From NCBI GenBank assembly GCA_964632025.1, contig CAZWAW010000001.1, positions 6,519 through 70,518 of the forward strand: 64,000 nt of DNA. Reading direction: 5' to 3'. The position numbers and the translations under genes were made by a program. The DNA is from an uncultured Sporosarcina sp. GTDB lineage: Bacteria > Bacillota > Bacilli > Bacillales_A > Planococcaceae. How positions within the stretch are numbered: the stretch's first letter is position 1; each line of letters opens with the position of its first letter. Shown piece by piece: positions 1 to 9,015 of this stretch. The notes below the pieces were generated by a model. That model ran no database searches, had not been told where the DNA came from, and was given only the letters and a program-made list of their open reading frames with translations.

Positions 1-843
1 TGTATTATCTTCCGAAACGAAATCTGTCCATGTACTTTGGAAAGTCAGGAACAGACCCGCGATTCCATAAATTGCAGAGCCAAGCCATTCAGATGGCAAT
101 TGGTATTGGCCAAATGGATAGAAGGCAAGGAACAGGCCAAGTGCAAAGAAAGTGCATAAAATCAGTACTTCATGGACATCAAAATAAATAAACAAATTGA
201 ATAAAAATAGCAAGAATAAAACGATATTGGCGCTAAATAAACCCCTGGAATGACCCATCCGTTTTTCATTCATCCAAAACAGTAGCGGAATAATTAGGAG
301 CAGCAGATATGGTACTTCAAGAGTTCCATTCAACACTTTGAAACTGTAAACGATGAAAAATAAGCTGGCAGACGCGAAAATGAGTTTGTCTTTCAAGTAA
401 TAGGCAAGTGGTAAAATACCGAGACCCCACATGAAGAAATCATCATAAACAGCTTCACTCAAATTAAACATTTGACCAATCAGGAAAATCCCGGCGCCAA
501 ACGCAAATACACCAATATAATAGAGACTTCGCGAAGTTCTTGGATAATGATCTTCCATTTTAAAACCACCTGCATAAAAACCGGCTGTCCCGAAGAATAA
601 TAGTAAGAACTTCGCAAGTTTCGGGATTTGGTGCCAATTGCCTGCGATGAAGCTCAGAATGCCAACGCCGATTAAAATCGCCCCAATGACTAGTAAGACC
701 CGTACAAAACTAAGTCGCTCAGTAGGTACGTACTCCGCCAGTAGTTTGCGCGCCTGATTCGTTTCCAATTGTCCTGTTTGTTCCAAAAAGAGGAATTCCT
801 TCTCAAGGACACGGTATTCTGAGTTACTGATTTTCCTTTTCAT
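1..843 (-). CDS. DUF2157-like integral membrane protein (3' end beyond window edge)
   Basis: Absent from the supplied track because there is no stop in the window. The reverse frame is open from ATG 843-841 to base 1, with RBS GGAGGT at 856-851. My translation is MKRKISNSEYRVLEKEFLFLEQTGQLETNQARKLLAEYVPTERLSFVRVLLVIGAILIGVGILSFIAGNWHQIPK..., followed by further TM segments. The soluble N-terminal helix plus FIAGNW motif recalls DUF2157 (from memory). Confidence 0.55.
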   Translation of the reverse strand, partial: MKRKISNSEYRVLEKEFLFLEQTGQLETNQARKLLAEYVPTERLSFVRVLLVIGAILIGVGILSFIAGNWHQIPKLAKFLLLFFGTAGFYAGGFKMEDHYPRTSRSLYYIGVFAFGAGIFLIGQMFNLSEAVYDDFFMWGLGILPLAYYLKDKLIFASASLFFIVYSFKVLNGTLEVPYLLLLIIPLLFWMNEKRMGHSRGLFSANIVLFLLFLFNLFIYFDVHEVLILCTFFALGLFLAFYPFGQYQLPSEWLGSAIYGIAGLFLTFQSTWTDFVSEDNT

Positions 844-1010
844 CTCATTGACCTCCGTTTCTTTTAGACTCGCTTATGCTAAGTATACCCGCAATTATTG
901 AGATGGAACATCGTAAATGCTAGTTATAGAATTAGACGGATGAACTAGTCCATTCGTTTCTTATTCCTTTAATAATTCTTTCTTTTTTAATAATTTCGAT
1001 GGAATTTCAC

Positions 1011-1033
1011 AAAAAAAACACTCATATTGAGTG
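1011..1033 (-). terminator. weak rho-independent terminator downstream of the prolyl hydroxylase gene
   Basis: Stem cactca/tgagtg (1019-1024 / 1028-1033) with a 3-nt loop. It is followed on the minus strand by an 8-nt U run (A run 1011-1018 on plus). Confidence 0.35.
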
Positions 1034-1071
1034 CTTTTCATGTTGTGTTAATAATTCAATTCAGTTCAATT

Positions 1072-1722
1072 TCATCTTAATTTTTGTTTTCTCATCCATT
1101 GCGTTGCGACCCACTTTTCACCCGTTATTACTGGTGCTCCACCATGCAAAGTTAAGTTGTTTAAGTCTTCGTCATTATAGAAATATTCAAAGTAAACCGC
1201 CATACCTTTTTGTGGCGTTACTGAAAGATTTAGTTTAGGGAAAAAAGTCTCTCCACCCTGTTCTACATCATTTAAGTACATAATTAGCGTACTAATTCTA
1301 TTATTGTTTGCAACTTTACTTGTTGATGAAAAAAAATCATAATGAGCTTTATACTCTTGACCAGGGGTATACTTAAGGATTTGAAGGCCTTCTCCGTGTT
1401 CAATGGGTATACTCATAATAGATGAAATCCTTTTTTCAACCCTAGCAACAATTTCGTTTTCACTTTCACTTTCTTGAAAAAACATGCTACTACTTGTTCT
1501 CAGATCATCTACTTCGCGTGTAGACCCAATTTTTGAACGTTGCATTTTGTCTTTTGACAAACTGATTAATTCATCGCATTCTTCGTTACTTAAAACATTA
1601 CCTAAAATCACGATCAATGGTTCTTCAAATTTAGTGATTATATCAATCTCTCTATCGGTTTTGATTTTATTGCCAACGTGACCAAATATAGTTTGTTCTT
1701 TATTCTCCGTTATCATCTTCAA
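1072..1722 (-). CDS. prolyl 4-hydroxylase-like 2OG-Fe(II) oxygenase
   Basis: 216 aa. It has the HxD iron ligands (AHYDFF), a distal His (LTLHGGAPV) and a KWVATQWMR tail typical of P4Hc-domain enzymes such as the Bacillus anthracis prolyl 4-hydroxylase. Confidence 0.85.
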   Translation of the reverse strand: MKMITENKEQTIFGHVGNKIKTDREIDIITKFEEPLIVILGNVLSNEECDELISLSKDKMQRSKIGSTREVDDLRTSSSMFFQESESENEIVARVEKRISSIMSIPIEHGEGLQILKYTPGQEYKAHYDFFSSTSKVANNNRISTLIMYLNDVEQGGETFFPKLNLSVTPQKGMAVYFEYFYNDEDLNNLTLHGGAPVITGEKWVATQWMRKQKLR

Positions 1723-1904
1723 ACGACCCCTTAAACTATTTGATTTTCAGAACGAGTACGTTTTTTTGCAATGACTATATTGGTTAACAGTCTTCTTTGA
1801 TTAATTCAATATTATTTTATCATATAATTTTAAGGTATCGCAAATTTGTAAAGCATTTTAATATAAGCCATTTTCAAAAACATCATTGCTTTATAATCGG
1901 CACC

Positions 1905-2215
1905 TTAGGAATAGAGTGTACTACCAACACCACTTTGTCGCTTGGTGATTGCCTCAAGCCATAAGTCCGTCAGAAGAAAACTAGGTGGGAGGGATTGAAC
2001 TGCATCCCTCCTCGGTCTTATGGCTCTAGCGTCTGCAGGATGCGGCGATATTGGGCTGCCTTTCATTAGTGTCGCTCCTTCGCTAGATTTATTCGTTATA
2101 CGGGTGAGGTAAACCACCTAGTTAATTCTAAATAAGTAGTGTGGAATATAGTAATGATTCCACTCCATACCACTTCGGCGCTTAAGGGACAATAAGGGCG
2201 ACAGTCACCATTATA
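1905..2215. ncRNA. candidate structured RNA of unknown class (strand undetermined)
   Basis: Visibly more G+C-rich than the flanks and has no credible ORF. Nested helices are 1958-1965/2017-2024 (gccataag/cttatggc) and 1988-1995/2004-2011 (ggagggat/atccctcc). There is a hairpin at 2141-2147/2157-2163 (gtggaat/attccac) and a 10-bp long-range complement at 1979-1988/2114-2123 (aactaggtgg/ccacctagtt). Confidence 0.3.
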
Positions 2216-2260
2216 AATCGGGAGAAATTCAGAAGAAAAGAGATAATGGTTCATATAGAA

Positions 2261-2299
2261 ATAGCCCACTCTATGTCAATTTGACACGGAGTGGGCTAT
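2261..2299 (-). terminator. terminator hairpin after queE
   Basis: 11-bp perfect stem atagcccactc/gagtgggctat, 38 nt downstream of the queE stop. The U tract on the minus strand is modest (ctatttctat). Confidence 0.5.
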
Positions 2300-2336
2300 A
2301 TTGCTGGATCTTATCTGCTACTTTAGGGTAGTTATT

Positions 2337-3044
2337 TTAAACGCCCCGTTTATTCCCCCATATAAGTGTATGCAACTGCGGCAACACTTTAACATCGTTC
2401 ATGATAGGGGAGTTGACGGTTAAATCGATTAACCACTCATACCGTTTTAGTAATGTCGAAACGAGTTGTGCATCATCGGTTGTCGTCGTATCATCATTTC
2501 CAGTCTGTAAAAAGAAAGGGAATGCCGGATAACGAAGATGAACTTCTTCCGCAAACTTGAAATCTTCTTCATCGAAAATGACGATTTTTATACTAGCAGT
2601 CGTATCAATCAGTTTTTCCATGAACGTATCCAGTTTGCTGAAATCAGTTATCATTCCAGAGCTGGGTGGTTTTGGAGAAAGCGTAATGTCGTCGATATTC
2701 AATAACCAATCCTGCCAAAAAGAAGCTTGCGTTTCAACTGCGACCTTCCAACCTTGTTCATGGCACAGGTCGACAAGTTCACCAATTCCTTTATGAAGGG
2801 CAGGGTTCCCACCTGAGATCGTAACATGTGAAAACGACTGTCCGCCTATTGCTTTAAGTTCATCTATGATTTCTACCGGCTGTTTCGAAGTGCTTTTTCC
2901 CGAACCGTCCCATGTAAAACTGGAATCGCACCAAGAACAAGAATAATCACATCCAGCTGTCCGAACAAACATCGTTTTTAACCCCATGACCATTCCTTCG
3001 CCTTGAATCGTCGGACCGAATACTTCCATAACAGGAATTTTCAT
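2337..3044 (-). CDS. queE: 7-carboxy-7-deazaguanine synthase (radical SAM)
   Basis: 235 aa. It has the QueE-type cluster motif CDYSCSWCDS and a TIQGEG N-terminus. It is the third gene of a riboswitch-led queC-queD-queE operon, with a 4-nt overlap with queD. Confidence 0.9.
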   Translation of the reverse strand: MKIPVMEVFGPTIQGEGMVMGLKTMFVRTAGCDYSCSWCDSSFTWDGSGKSTSKQPVEIIDELKAIGGQSFSHVTISGGNPALHKGIGELVDLCHEQGWKVAVETQASFWQDWLLNIDDITLSPKPPSSGMITDFSKLDTFMEKLIDTTASIKIVIFDEEDFKFAEEVHLRYPAFPFFLQTGNDDTTTTDDAQLVSTLLKRYEWLIDLTVNSPIMNDVKVLPQLHTLIWGNKRGV

Positions 3045-3466
3045 AGGTTTCCCTCCTGTTCAGGACGATAGATGACGTAGCTTGTCGGTGTTTCTCGGAC
3101 AATGACTTGTAGACAGACTGGCTTATTGCTTCTCGTTAGGAGAACTTCCTGAATTGATTTGCAAACTTGTTCCGCCAATTTCTCGGTCGTCGGGAAATTA
3201 CTGTTAAATTCAGGATGATCATTGAGCACAGAATGATCGTATTTATCATGAATGAGGTTTTTGAGCTCTTTGAAATCAATCAGGAAACCAATCGAATCCA
3301 GCTCATTTCCTCCAATTGTTATGTTTAGGTAATACGTATGTCCATGCATCACTTGGCATTTTCCAGCATCTTCGCTTGGAATGAAATGTGCCGCGGAAAA
3401 ATGCATGTCTTTGTTTAATTCAAAACGAAACGAATGATGAACTTGCGGATAAAATTGCTGCATCAT
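3041..3466 (-). CDS. queD: 6-carboxy-5,6,7,8-tetrahydropterin synthase
   Basis: 141 aa. It has PTPS/QueD motifs ([15 protein letters not shown]) and overlaps queC and queE by 4 nt each. Confidence 0.9.
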   Translation of the reverse strand: MMQQFYPQVHHSFRFELNKDMHFSAAHFIPSEDAGKCQVMHGHTYYLNITIGGNELDSIGFLIDFKELKNLIHDKYDHSVLNDHPEFNSNFPTTEKLAEQVCKSIQEVLLTRSNKPVCLQVIVRETPTSYVIYRPEQEGNL

Positions 3467-4137
3467 TCAGAAACACCTGCAGACTTTTGGGATAAATAAG
3501 TAGCGAGTCCATCATTCCGTAACACACAAGCAGGGCATTCTCCGCAACCTGTACTCGGAATTCCGTTGTAGCAAGTAAGTGTTTTGTCCTGCACAAAGTC
3601 GAACGCACCAAGTTCGTCAGACAATGCCCAAACTTCGGACTTATCGAGCCACATCAATGGCGTATGGATGACAAACTGCCCGTCCATCGCTAAGTTCAGT
3701 GTCACATTCAACGATTTAATAAAATTGTCACGACAATCAGGATAACCACTGAAATCCGTTTCACTCACACCTGTGATTAAGTGCCTAGCACCGATTGCGT
3801 CTGCATAAACTGCCGCAAATGACAGGAATAAATGGTTCCTACCTGGAACGAAAGTCGACGGCAATTCGCCTTCTACTTCCTTCACCTCGATATCATCTCG
3901 CGTCAAAGCATTCGCTGACAGCTGGTTTATTAAATTCATATCGAGCACTTTGAACGATACTCCGAGCTCGTCTGCAATTTGTCTAGCACACTCGATTTCC
4001 TCTGAATGGCGCTGACCATAGTCAAACGTCACCGTCGCAACTTCGCGAAAATTCTTCAATGCCCAAAATAAGCATGTCGTACTGTCTTGGCCGCCGCTAA
4101 AAACGACAACCGCTTTTTCATTTTTCAATATAAACAT
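3463..4137 (-). CDS. queC: 7-cyano-7-deazaguanine synthase
   Basis: It has the PP-loop [11 protein letters not shown] and the C-terminal zinc motif [11 protein letters not shown] place the start at the internal Met ([19 protein letters not shown] 4137-4135), preceded by RBS AAGGAG. The track ORF start at 4200 would read through the riboswitch. Confidence 0.9.
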   Translation of the reverse strand: MFILKNEKAVVVFSGGQDSTTCLFWALKNFREVATVTFDYGQRHSEEIECARQIADELGVSFKVLDMNLINQLSANALTRDDIEVKEVEGELPSTFVPGRNHLFLSFAAVYADAIGARHLITGVSETDFSGYPDCRDNFIKSLNVTLNLAMDGQFVIHTPLMWLDKSEVWALSDELGAFDFVQDKTLTCYNGIPSTGCGECPACVLRNDGLATYLSQKSAGVSE

Positions 4138-4140
4138 CTC

Positions 4141-4176
4141 CTTAGTTTTTTTGAGAGGGAGTTTGCGAACCTCTTT
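4141..4176 (-). promoter_or_regulatory. preQ1-I riboswitch
   Basis: The minus strand reads AGAGGTTCGCAAACTCCCTCTCAAAAAAACTAAGGAG. This matches the class I preQ1 aptamer as I remember it from B. subtilis queC (AGAGGTTCTAGCTACACCCTCTATAAAAAACTAAGG). The A-rich tail runs into the queC RBS. Confidence 0.85.
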
Positions 4177-4307
4177 TTTGAACCCTGTTAATAATAGCAT
4201 AAGTGGGGGCAGACTACTAAACTAAGCCAAGCTTTCCGCATGCAATATGAACAAGGCATCACTCTTAGAGTGAAAGGTGTAGGCTATGAAAATAAGGAGT
4301 AAATAAA

Positions 4308-5035
4308 TTGAATGGGAAAACAAAATTGACGGGTCGGATTGTCATACCTGCCGCTCCTGACTATGACCAAGCACGTATGGATTATAATTCACGATATTCT
4401 AAGTACCCGAAAGTGATTTTTTTGTCAGTGGATTGAGGATGTTGTAAATGCTGTGAAATGGTCCCGAGAAAATGATGTCCAACTCCGGGAAAGAAGCGGT
4501 AGACATAGTTTGGAGGCTTTTGCTTTAGTAGATAAAGGAATTATTATAGATGTTAGCGAAATGACAAAAGTGCATGTTGATAAACAAAAAGGAACCGCTA
4601 AAGTGCAAACGGGTATCCAGTTAAGTGATCTTTATACGGAGTTATTTCGGTATGGTGTAACAATTCCAGGGGGTACGGCTCAAGATGTTGGGGTAGCTGG
4701 ACTAACACTTGGTGGGGGCAAAGTCTAGGAGGAGCAGAAAGTGATGTAGCATCGCCGGAAACGGCCTACTTCCACCGGGATGCAAAGTTCATTATAGAGT
4801 TTGCATCTCTGTGGACAATAATCGAGAAGAAGTAGAAAATCTGCGTTGGGTCAATCATTTTCGAAAAGCAATGCTACCCTATATGAAAGGATATTACGTG
4901 AACTTTCCCGATCTAGCAATTAGGCATTGGGAACACACCTATTACAGAGAAAACATAGATAGATTAATAAAAGTTAAACGCGAGTATGATCCATGTAACG
5001 TCTTCAAATTCCCTCAAAGTATTACTCTTAGCTAA
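4308..5035 (+). pseudogene. FAD-linked oxidase / berberine-bridge-enzyme-like protein, frameshifted and internally deleted
   Basis: Three frame pieces are present: LNGKTKLTGRIVIPAAPDYDQARMDYNSRYSKYPKVIF, then EDVVNAVKWSRENDVQLRERSGRHSLEAF...GGTAQDVGVAGLTLGGG (FAD_binding_4), then the BBE C-terminus YVNFPDL...IKVKREYDPCNVFKFPQSI. Together they span only about 730 nt, whereas intact homologues are about 450 aa. Confidence 0.7.
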
Positions 5036-5153
5036 CCAACCATACTATCTTATCTTATTAAGGTTTTGATACCTGCAACACGTTTCTAGAAAATACAATT
5101 CGATTGAATATAATAGAATAAGATAACACTAGTGCCAGTTACCTTAAATCAGC

Positions 5154-5195
5154 AAAAAAAGAATCCCTTCATCAATTAAATCAATGAAGGGATTT
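5154..5195 (-). terminator. rho-independent terminator of the NlpC/P60 gene
   Basis: Stem aatcccttcat/atgaagggatt, followed on the minus strand by a 7-nt U run (A run 5154-5160 on plus). Confidence 0.65.
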
Positions 5196-5198
5196 TAC

Positions 5199-6026
5199 TT
5201 ATAACCGTTTAAAACTATGAAATTTTGACTTCCAATAGCTATTGCTTAAGCTTGTTACTTGTGATTGCTTGCCTCCAGCATGGACGAACTTATTATTGCC
5301 AATGTAAATGCCAACATGCGAAATGCCTTTACGATATGTATTTTGGAAAAAGACCAAATCACCTGGCTTGGGGGAGGCTACTTTTTTCGATTGTGCAAAT
5401 TGACTAAGCGTGGTACGTGAAACGTTTTTTCCTGATTGTTTGAAAGCATATTGAACAAAACCACTACAGTCAAAGCCATTTTTTGTCGTTCCACCAAATA
5501 TGTAGGGTATAAATCTTAGCTTCATTGCCTGATCAACAACGTTTTTAGAAGCAGTGGATGATTTAGAAGTTGAGTTGTTTGTACTTGTCAAAAGAGAACT
5601 AAGTATCCATCCTGATGTTTTGTTGACTTTTACACGAAACCAAACATCGTTCCCAATTTTTTTTTGCTGTGAAACTGTTAACGTAGTCCCTTTTTTCACC
5701 TTAGCAACGATCTTATTAGCAGTACCGGCAGCGGAACGCACATTGATGTTGGATTTTGCTTTAAAGGAACCCGTCTTTGCCGTTGTTCTATTAGACGCTG
5801 AATTGGTATTCTTAGCTGACGTTTGTAAGACTTGATTTGGATAGAGTGCGTCTGATTTTAAGTTATTCCATTTTTTAAGATTGGTTATGGACACCTGGTT
5901 TGATTTTGAAATGTCCCATAGCGATTCTCCAGTTTGGACTTTATGTGTGCTTGCTTCTACATCACTAGTTGCCATTCCGAATGCTAAAGAACCTGCTAAA
6001 AGTAGTGAACATGCAATTTTTCTCAT
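5199..6026 (-). CDS. secreted LysM-SH3b-NlpC/P60 peptidoglycan endopeptidase
   Basis: 275 aa. It has a signal peptide, a LysM domain (HKVQTGESLWDISK...YPNQVL), an SH3b-like segment, and an NlpC/P60 core with the catalytic Cys (GFDCSGFVQYAF) and His (ISHVGIYIG). Confidence 0.9.
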   Translation of the reverse strand: MRKIACSLLLAGSLAFGMATSDVEASTHKVQTGESLWDISKSNQVSITNLKKWNNLKSDALYPNQVLQTSAKNTNSASNRTTAKTGSFKAKSNINVRSAAGTANKIVAKVKKGTTLTVSQQKKIGNDVWFRVKVNKTSGWILSSLLTSTNNSTSKSSTASKNVVDQAMKLRFIPYIFGGTTKNGFDCSGFVQYAFKQSGKNVSRTTLSQFAQSKKVASPKPGDLVFFQNTYRKGISHVGIYIGNNKFVHAGGKQSQVTSLSNSYWKSKFHSFKRL

Positions 6027-6169
6027 TATGTATTTCAGCCACCTTTTCTATGTATCATTGAAGGCTCAATGACTATATAGCTAATAGTAGAGAACTAAGT
6101 ATGTAAGTACAACAGCAGTTCGATTACAAATTCATTACACCCTCGTAAAAATAACGGGATATCTTGGAC

Positions 6170-6460
6170 TGGTATCCATTTTAGAGGAGGACGAGGTGAA
6201 TCTCGTATGTTTTTACTTCCACTTGCAGGGTTAGCTGTTATCGTACCCGTACTCGTTCCGAACTTCTTTCTATAGAGATGCTTCCGCGGAGTATTAGGCA
6301 ACGCGGTGGGTGGGCGTAGAGGTGCTAAAATTGGTGCTTCTGTACAAGGATTGTTAATCAGTTTCCTTTCGGCAATGTTGATGCCGTTCTAGGTTCACTT
6401 GGATTTGAAGGTACAACTTTTGGTGATTCTGATTTCGGTGTCATAGGCATTCTAAAGTGA
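6170..6460 (+). pseudogene. 3' remnant of a PTS ascorbate-family EIIC (SgaT/UlaA-like) gene
   Basis: Two frames give ...GNAVGGRRGAKIGASVQGLLISFLSAMLMPF and LGSLGFEGTTFGDSDFGVIGILK*. This resembles the conserved C-terminus of UlaA/SgaT permeases (from memory). No upstream part of the gene is present. Confidence 0.45.
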
Positions 6461-6573
6461 AAGCCTTGAAGAAAGGTCTTAATATGATTGACTTCTATAA
6501 ATTCTGCACGTATAATACCTAGTAAATAGGTAGGAATAGTTTATAAAACAATATCCTTGAAAGGGTGTTTACT

Positions 6574-7383
6574 ATGACAAGTAAAGCGATTTCAATTTAT
6601 GCAAATCAATTATATCTTTCGGGATCACTTCATCTCCCAGAAGCGATGCATCATAGGAAGGTTCCGCTTATTGTTTTGTTGCATGGATTTGTTGGTAGTA
6701 AAGTCGGTGAACATCGGTTATTTGTGAAAGCAGCTCGGTATTTCACGGAGAAGGGATACGCAGTTTTTCGTTTTGATTTTAGTGGTTGCGGGGAAAGTGA
6801 CGGCGATTATGCAGACGTTACGGTAACGAAGCAGCTAAGTGAGGTTCAGGCGGTGCTAAATTATGTATCAGTGTTACCTGAAGTAGATGCAAATAATATT
6901 ATTTTAATTGGTCATAGTCTTGGAGGTGCTGTCGCTTCATTAACAGCTGCAAAAGATCGTCGAATTCGTAAACTTATTTTATGGTCGCCAGTTGGTAAAC
7001 CATATGAAGATATTGCTAAAATTCTAGGCACGAGTGCTATGAAAACTGCAGAAACAAATGGGGTAGTAGATTATCATGGGTTTTATGTCAGTCAAATATT
7101 TTTAACAGATTTGAAAAATCATCATCCCCTTGGAGCGATTCGTTCGTATCAAGAGGCGGCGTTGATCATACATGCACAACGGGATGAGGATATTCCAAAA
7201 GAACATGCCGCCCGTTATTACGCATCATTGCAACAAAGGCCAATTCTTGAACGAGTCAATACGCATTATATTGAGGGGGCAGATCATACGTTTTCAAGCT
7301 ACACATTTGAACATGAATTATTTACGAAATCTGCTGAGTGGCTTGGAAAGTGTTGTGAGAACCCCCGTAAAATAGCATTATAG
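6574..7383 (+). CDS. alpha/beta hydrolase
   Basis: It has the nucleophile elbow GHSLGG, a later acid/His region (RDEDIP ... GADHTF) and the oxyanion-type motif LLHGF. I prefer ATG 6574, which is 8 nt after GAAAGGG, over the track GTG at 6565. Confidence 0.8.
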   Translation: MTSKAISIYANQLYLSGSLHLPEAMHHRKVPLIVLLHGFVGSKVGEHRLFVKAARYFTEKGYAVFRFDFSGCGESDGDYADVTVTKQLSEVQAVLNYVSVLPEVDANNIILIGHSLGGAVASLTAAKDRRIRKLILWSPVGKPYEDIAKILGTSAMKTAETNGVVDYHGFYVSQIFLTDLKNHHPLGAIRSYQEAALIIHAQRDEDIPKEHAARYYASLQQRPILERVNTHYIEGADHTFSSYTFEHELFTKSAEWLGKCCENPRKIAL

Positions 7384-7400
7384 GACAAAGGTCAATCGGA

Positions 7401-7441
7401 AAAAGTTGATGGGCTTATTAAAGAGCCCGTCAACTTTTTTT
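7401..7441 (+). terminator. rho-independent terminator
   Basis: Stem aaagttgatgggct/agcccgtcaacttt with one G-U pair, followed by a T run. Confidence 0.65.
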
Positions 7442-7628
7442 ACTTTCTTTTCAAAAATACTGTCCCTTATACAGATTCTGACCTATTTAAGTTAAGGCTT
7501 ATGTACAAGAACCAGCTACCTGAAATAAGTTAAGGGGATATAGATGAAATCCAACGTGGAAAACATGGATAGACCCAGGAATTAGTAGTTCATTCCTGGG
7601 CCTTACTAAGGTTCTATAAATGGATTCC

Positions 7629-8855
7629 CTAGGCAATTTTCTTTCGTTCTGTACGATCTACTACGGCGGCACCTACCATGTCACCTACTACATTTGTGGC
7701 AGTTCCACCCATTCCGATAATGGCGTCCACACCTGCAATTAATGCCACAACTTCAAGAGGCAATCCAAACATCGTTAGGACGGCTGATAAAGTGATTAAG
7801 CCAGCCGCGGGAACACCTGCTGTACCAATTGACAGGAGTGTACCTATCACGATAATCATGAAAAAGTCTGAAACGGAAAGGTTCAGGTTTGTAATGTTTG
7901 CAGCAAAGACAATAGACACGCCCATTCGGAGCGCTCCACCATCAGAGTTGAACACTGCGCCTAAAGGAAGAGCGAAATTTGCTGTCTTGTCTGAAATACC
8001 GGCTTTCTTTGCCGCTTCGATTGCGATAGGCAGAGAGGCGATACTACTGGATGTGAAAAAGGCGGTCGTATATGCATCCTTTGTTTGTTTGAAAAAACTG
8101 ACGATGGATGTACCGGATAATTTCAAGAAGCCCGTATAGACGAATACCCACAATATGAGTAGACCTAAATAGAAAACCGCCGTAAATGTCAGCAGTGCTT
8201 TAAAGGTCTCTAAGCCTTGACTGCCGAATGCAGTAGCACTGATGGCAAAAATACCGATGGGTGCATATAACAATACGCCACTCAAGATTTTGTAAAACAT
8301 GATATTAAGTGCAGTAAACATCTTGTCTAGCAACGTTCCGTAGTCCATCATCTGCTTATCCGGGGAGAATTTCATCATCGAAATTGCCATGCCGATAATG
8401 ACTGCTACAAATAAGATGGCCATCAAATCGCCAGTAGTGAAAGCGGCAAAAATATTCTTGGGCACGATTTGTAGTAAAACATCGGAAAAGTGGGGCATTA
8501 TCGGTTTGTCGACAGTCACATTAGGCAAGGCCATGTTTTTACCTGGAGCAAACCAAAGCGCAAGCGATAGTCCAATCAGAACGGCAGCCGCTGTAGTTGC
8601 CGTATAATATAGTATCAGTTTGCCACCTATCCGGCCAAGCTGCGTAACATTCATTTGATTCACAGCTAAAACTACCGTGAGGAAAATGACTGGAAGGGCA
8701 ACCAAGCTTAATAGATTTAAGAGCAAGGTGCCTAGTGGACTAAGAAATCCAGCGTTTGTCCCGAAGGTGATGCCGACAATCGCACCGAGGCTAAAACCGG
8801 TAGTTATTTTCACGACAAACGGAATTTTTTTATATATTTCCCATAATGATTTCAA
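7629..8855 (-). CDS. dicarboxylate/amino acid:cation symporter (DAACS family)
   Basis: 408 aa and polytopic. It has the SSSIASLP and NSDGGAL reentrant-loop-type motifs characteristic of the GltP/SstT family. Confidence 0.85.
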   Translation of the reverse strand: MKSLWEIYKKIPFVVKITTGFSLGAIVGITFGTNAGFLSPLGTLLLNLLSLVALPVIFLTVVLAVNQMNVTQLGRIGGKLILYYTATTAAAVLIGLSLALWFAPGKNMALPNVTVDKPIMPHFSDVLLQIVPKNIFAAFTTGDLMAILFVAVIIGMAISMMKFSPDKQMMDYGTLLDKMFTALNIMFYKILSGVLLYAPIGIFAISATAFGSQGLETFKALLTFTAVFYLGLLILWVFVYTGFLKLSGTSIVSFFKQTKDAYTTAFFTSSSIASLPIAIEAAKKAGISDKTANFALPLGAVFNSDGGALRMGVSIVFAANITNLNLSVSDFFMIIVIGTLLSIGTAGVPAAGLITLSAVLTMFGLPLEVVALIAGVDAIIGMGGTATNVVGDMVGAAVVDRTERKKIA

Positions 8856-9015
8856 TGGTTCATCACCTTATCTGTTAAGTTTTTTAGCGTACTCTATATG
8901 TTAACATACAAAAAGGTACCCGGTCCAAACACGATTTGAAATCGTATCAGAACAAGGTACCAAAAGATAAAAGAGACTTCTTGAATGCTGTACTAGTGAG
9001 CTCTTTTCTTTACCT

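Noticed and set aside
1905-2117. 70-aa minus-strand ORF in the track (MVYLTRITNKSSEGATLMKG...)
   Set aside because: It has no RBS and a Pro/Arg/Ser-rich low-complexity translation. It lies entirely within a G+C-rich, self-complementary segment, so it is better explained as structured non-coding sequence.
1979-2123. Retron-like msr/msd, T-box, TPP, cobalamin, glmS, c-di-AMP or M-box identity for the structured element
   Set aside because: No reverse transcriptase gene is nearby. None of the remembered core motifs is present (T-box GGUGGUACCGCG, TPP CUGAGA...ACCC, B12 box, glmS GACGAGG). The class is left open.
4138-4200. N-terminal 21-codon extension of queC in the track ORF (start at 4200)
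   Set aside because: The extension is the preQ1 riboswitch aptamer read as codons. The internal ATG at 4137 has the proper RBS and gives the conserved QueC N-terminus.
2337-4200. Absence of queF after queCDE as a sign of a DNA-modification (Dpd-like) cluster
   Set aside because: The operon carries a standard preQ1 riboswitch and no tgt/dpdA-like or other Dpd genes are nearby. queF is often unlinked. I treat it as housekeeping queuosine biosynthesis.
7678-8139. 153-aa plus-strand ORF antisense to the DAACS symporter, and similar antisense ORFs at 8389-8904
   Set aside because: These are long antisense frames inside a well-supported membrane protein gene. Their translations are low-complexity (Pro/Ala/Thr-rich) with no RBS, which is a typical shadow-ORF artefact.
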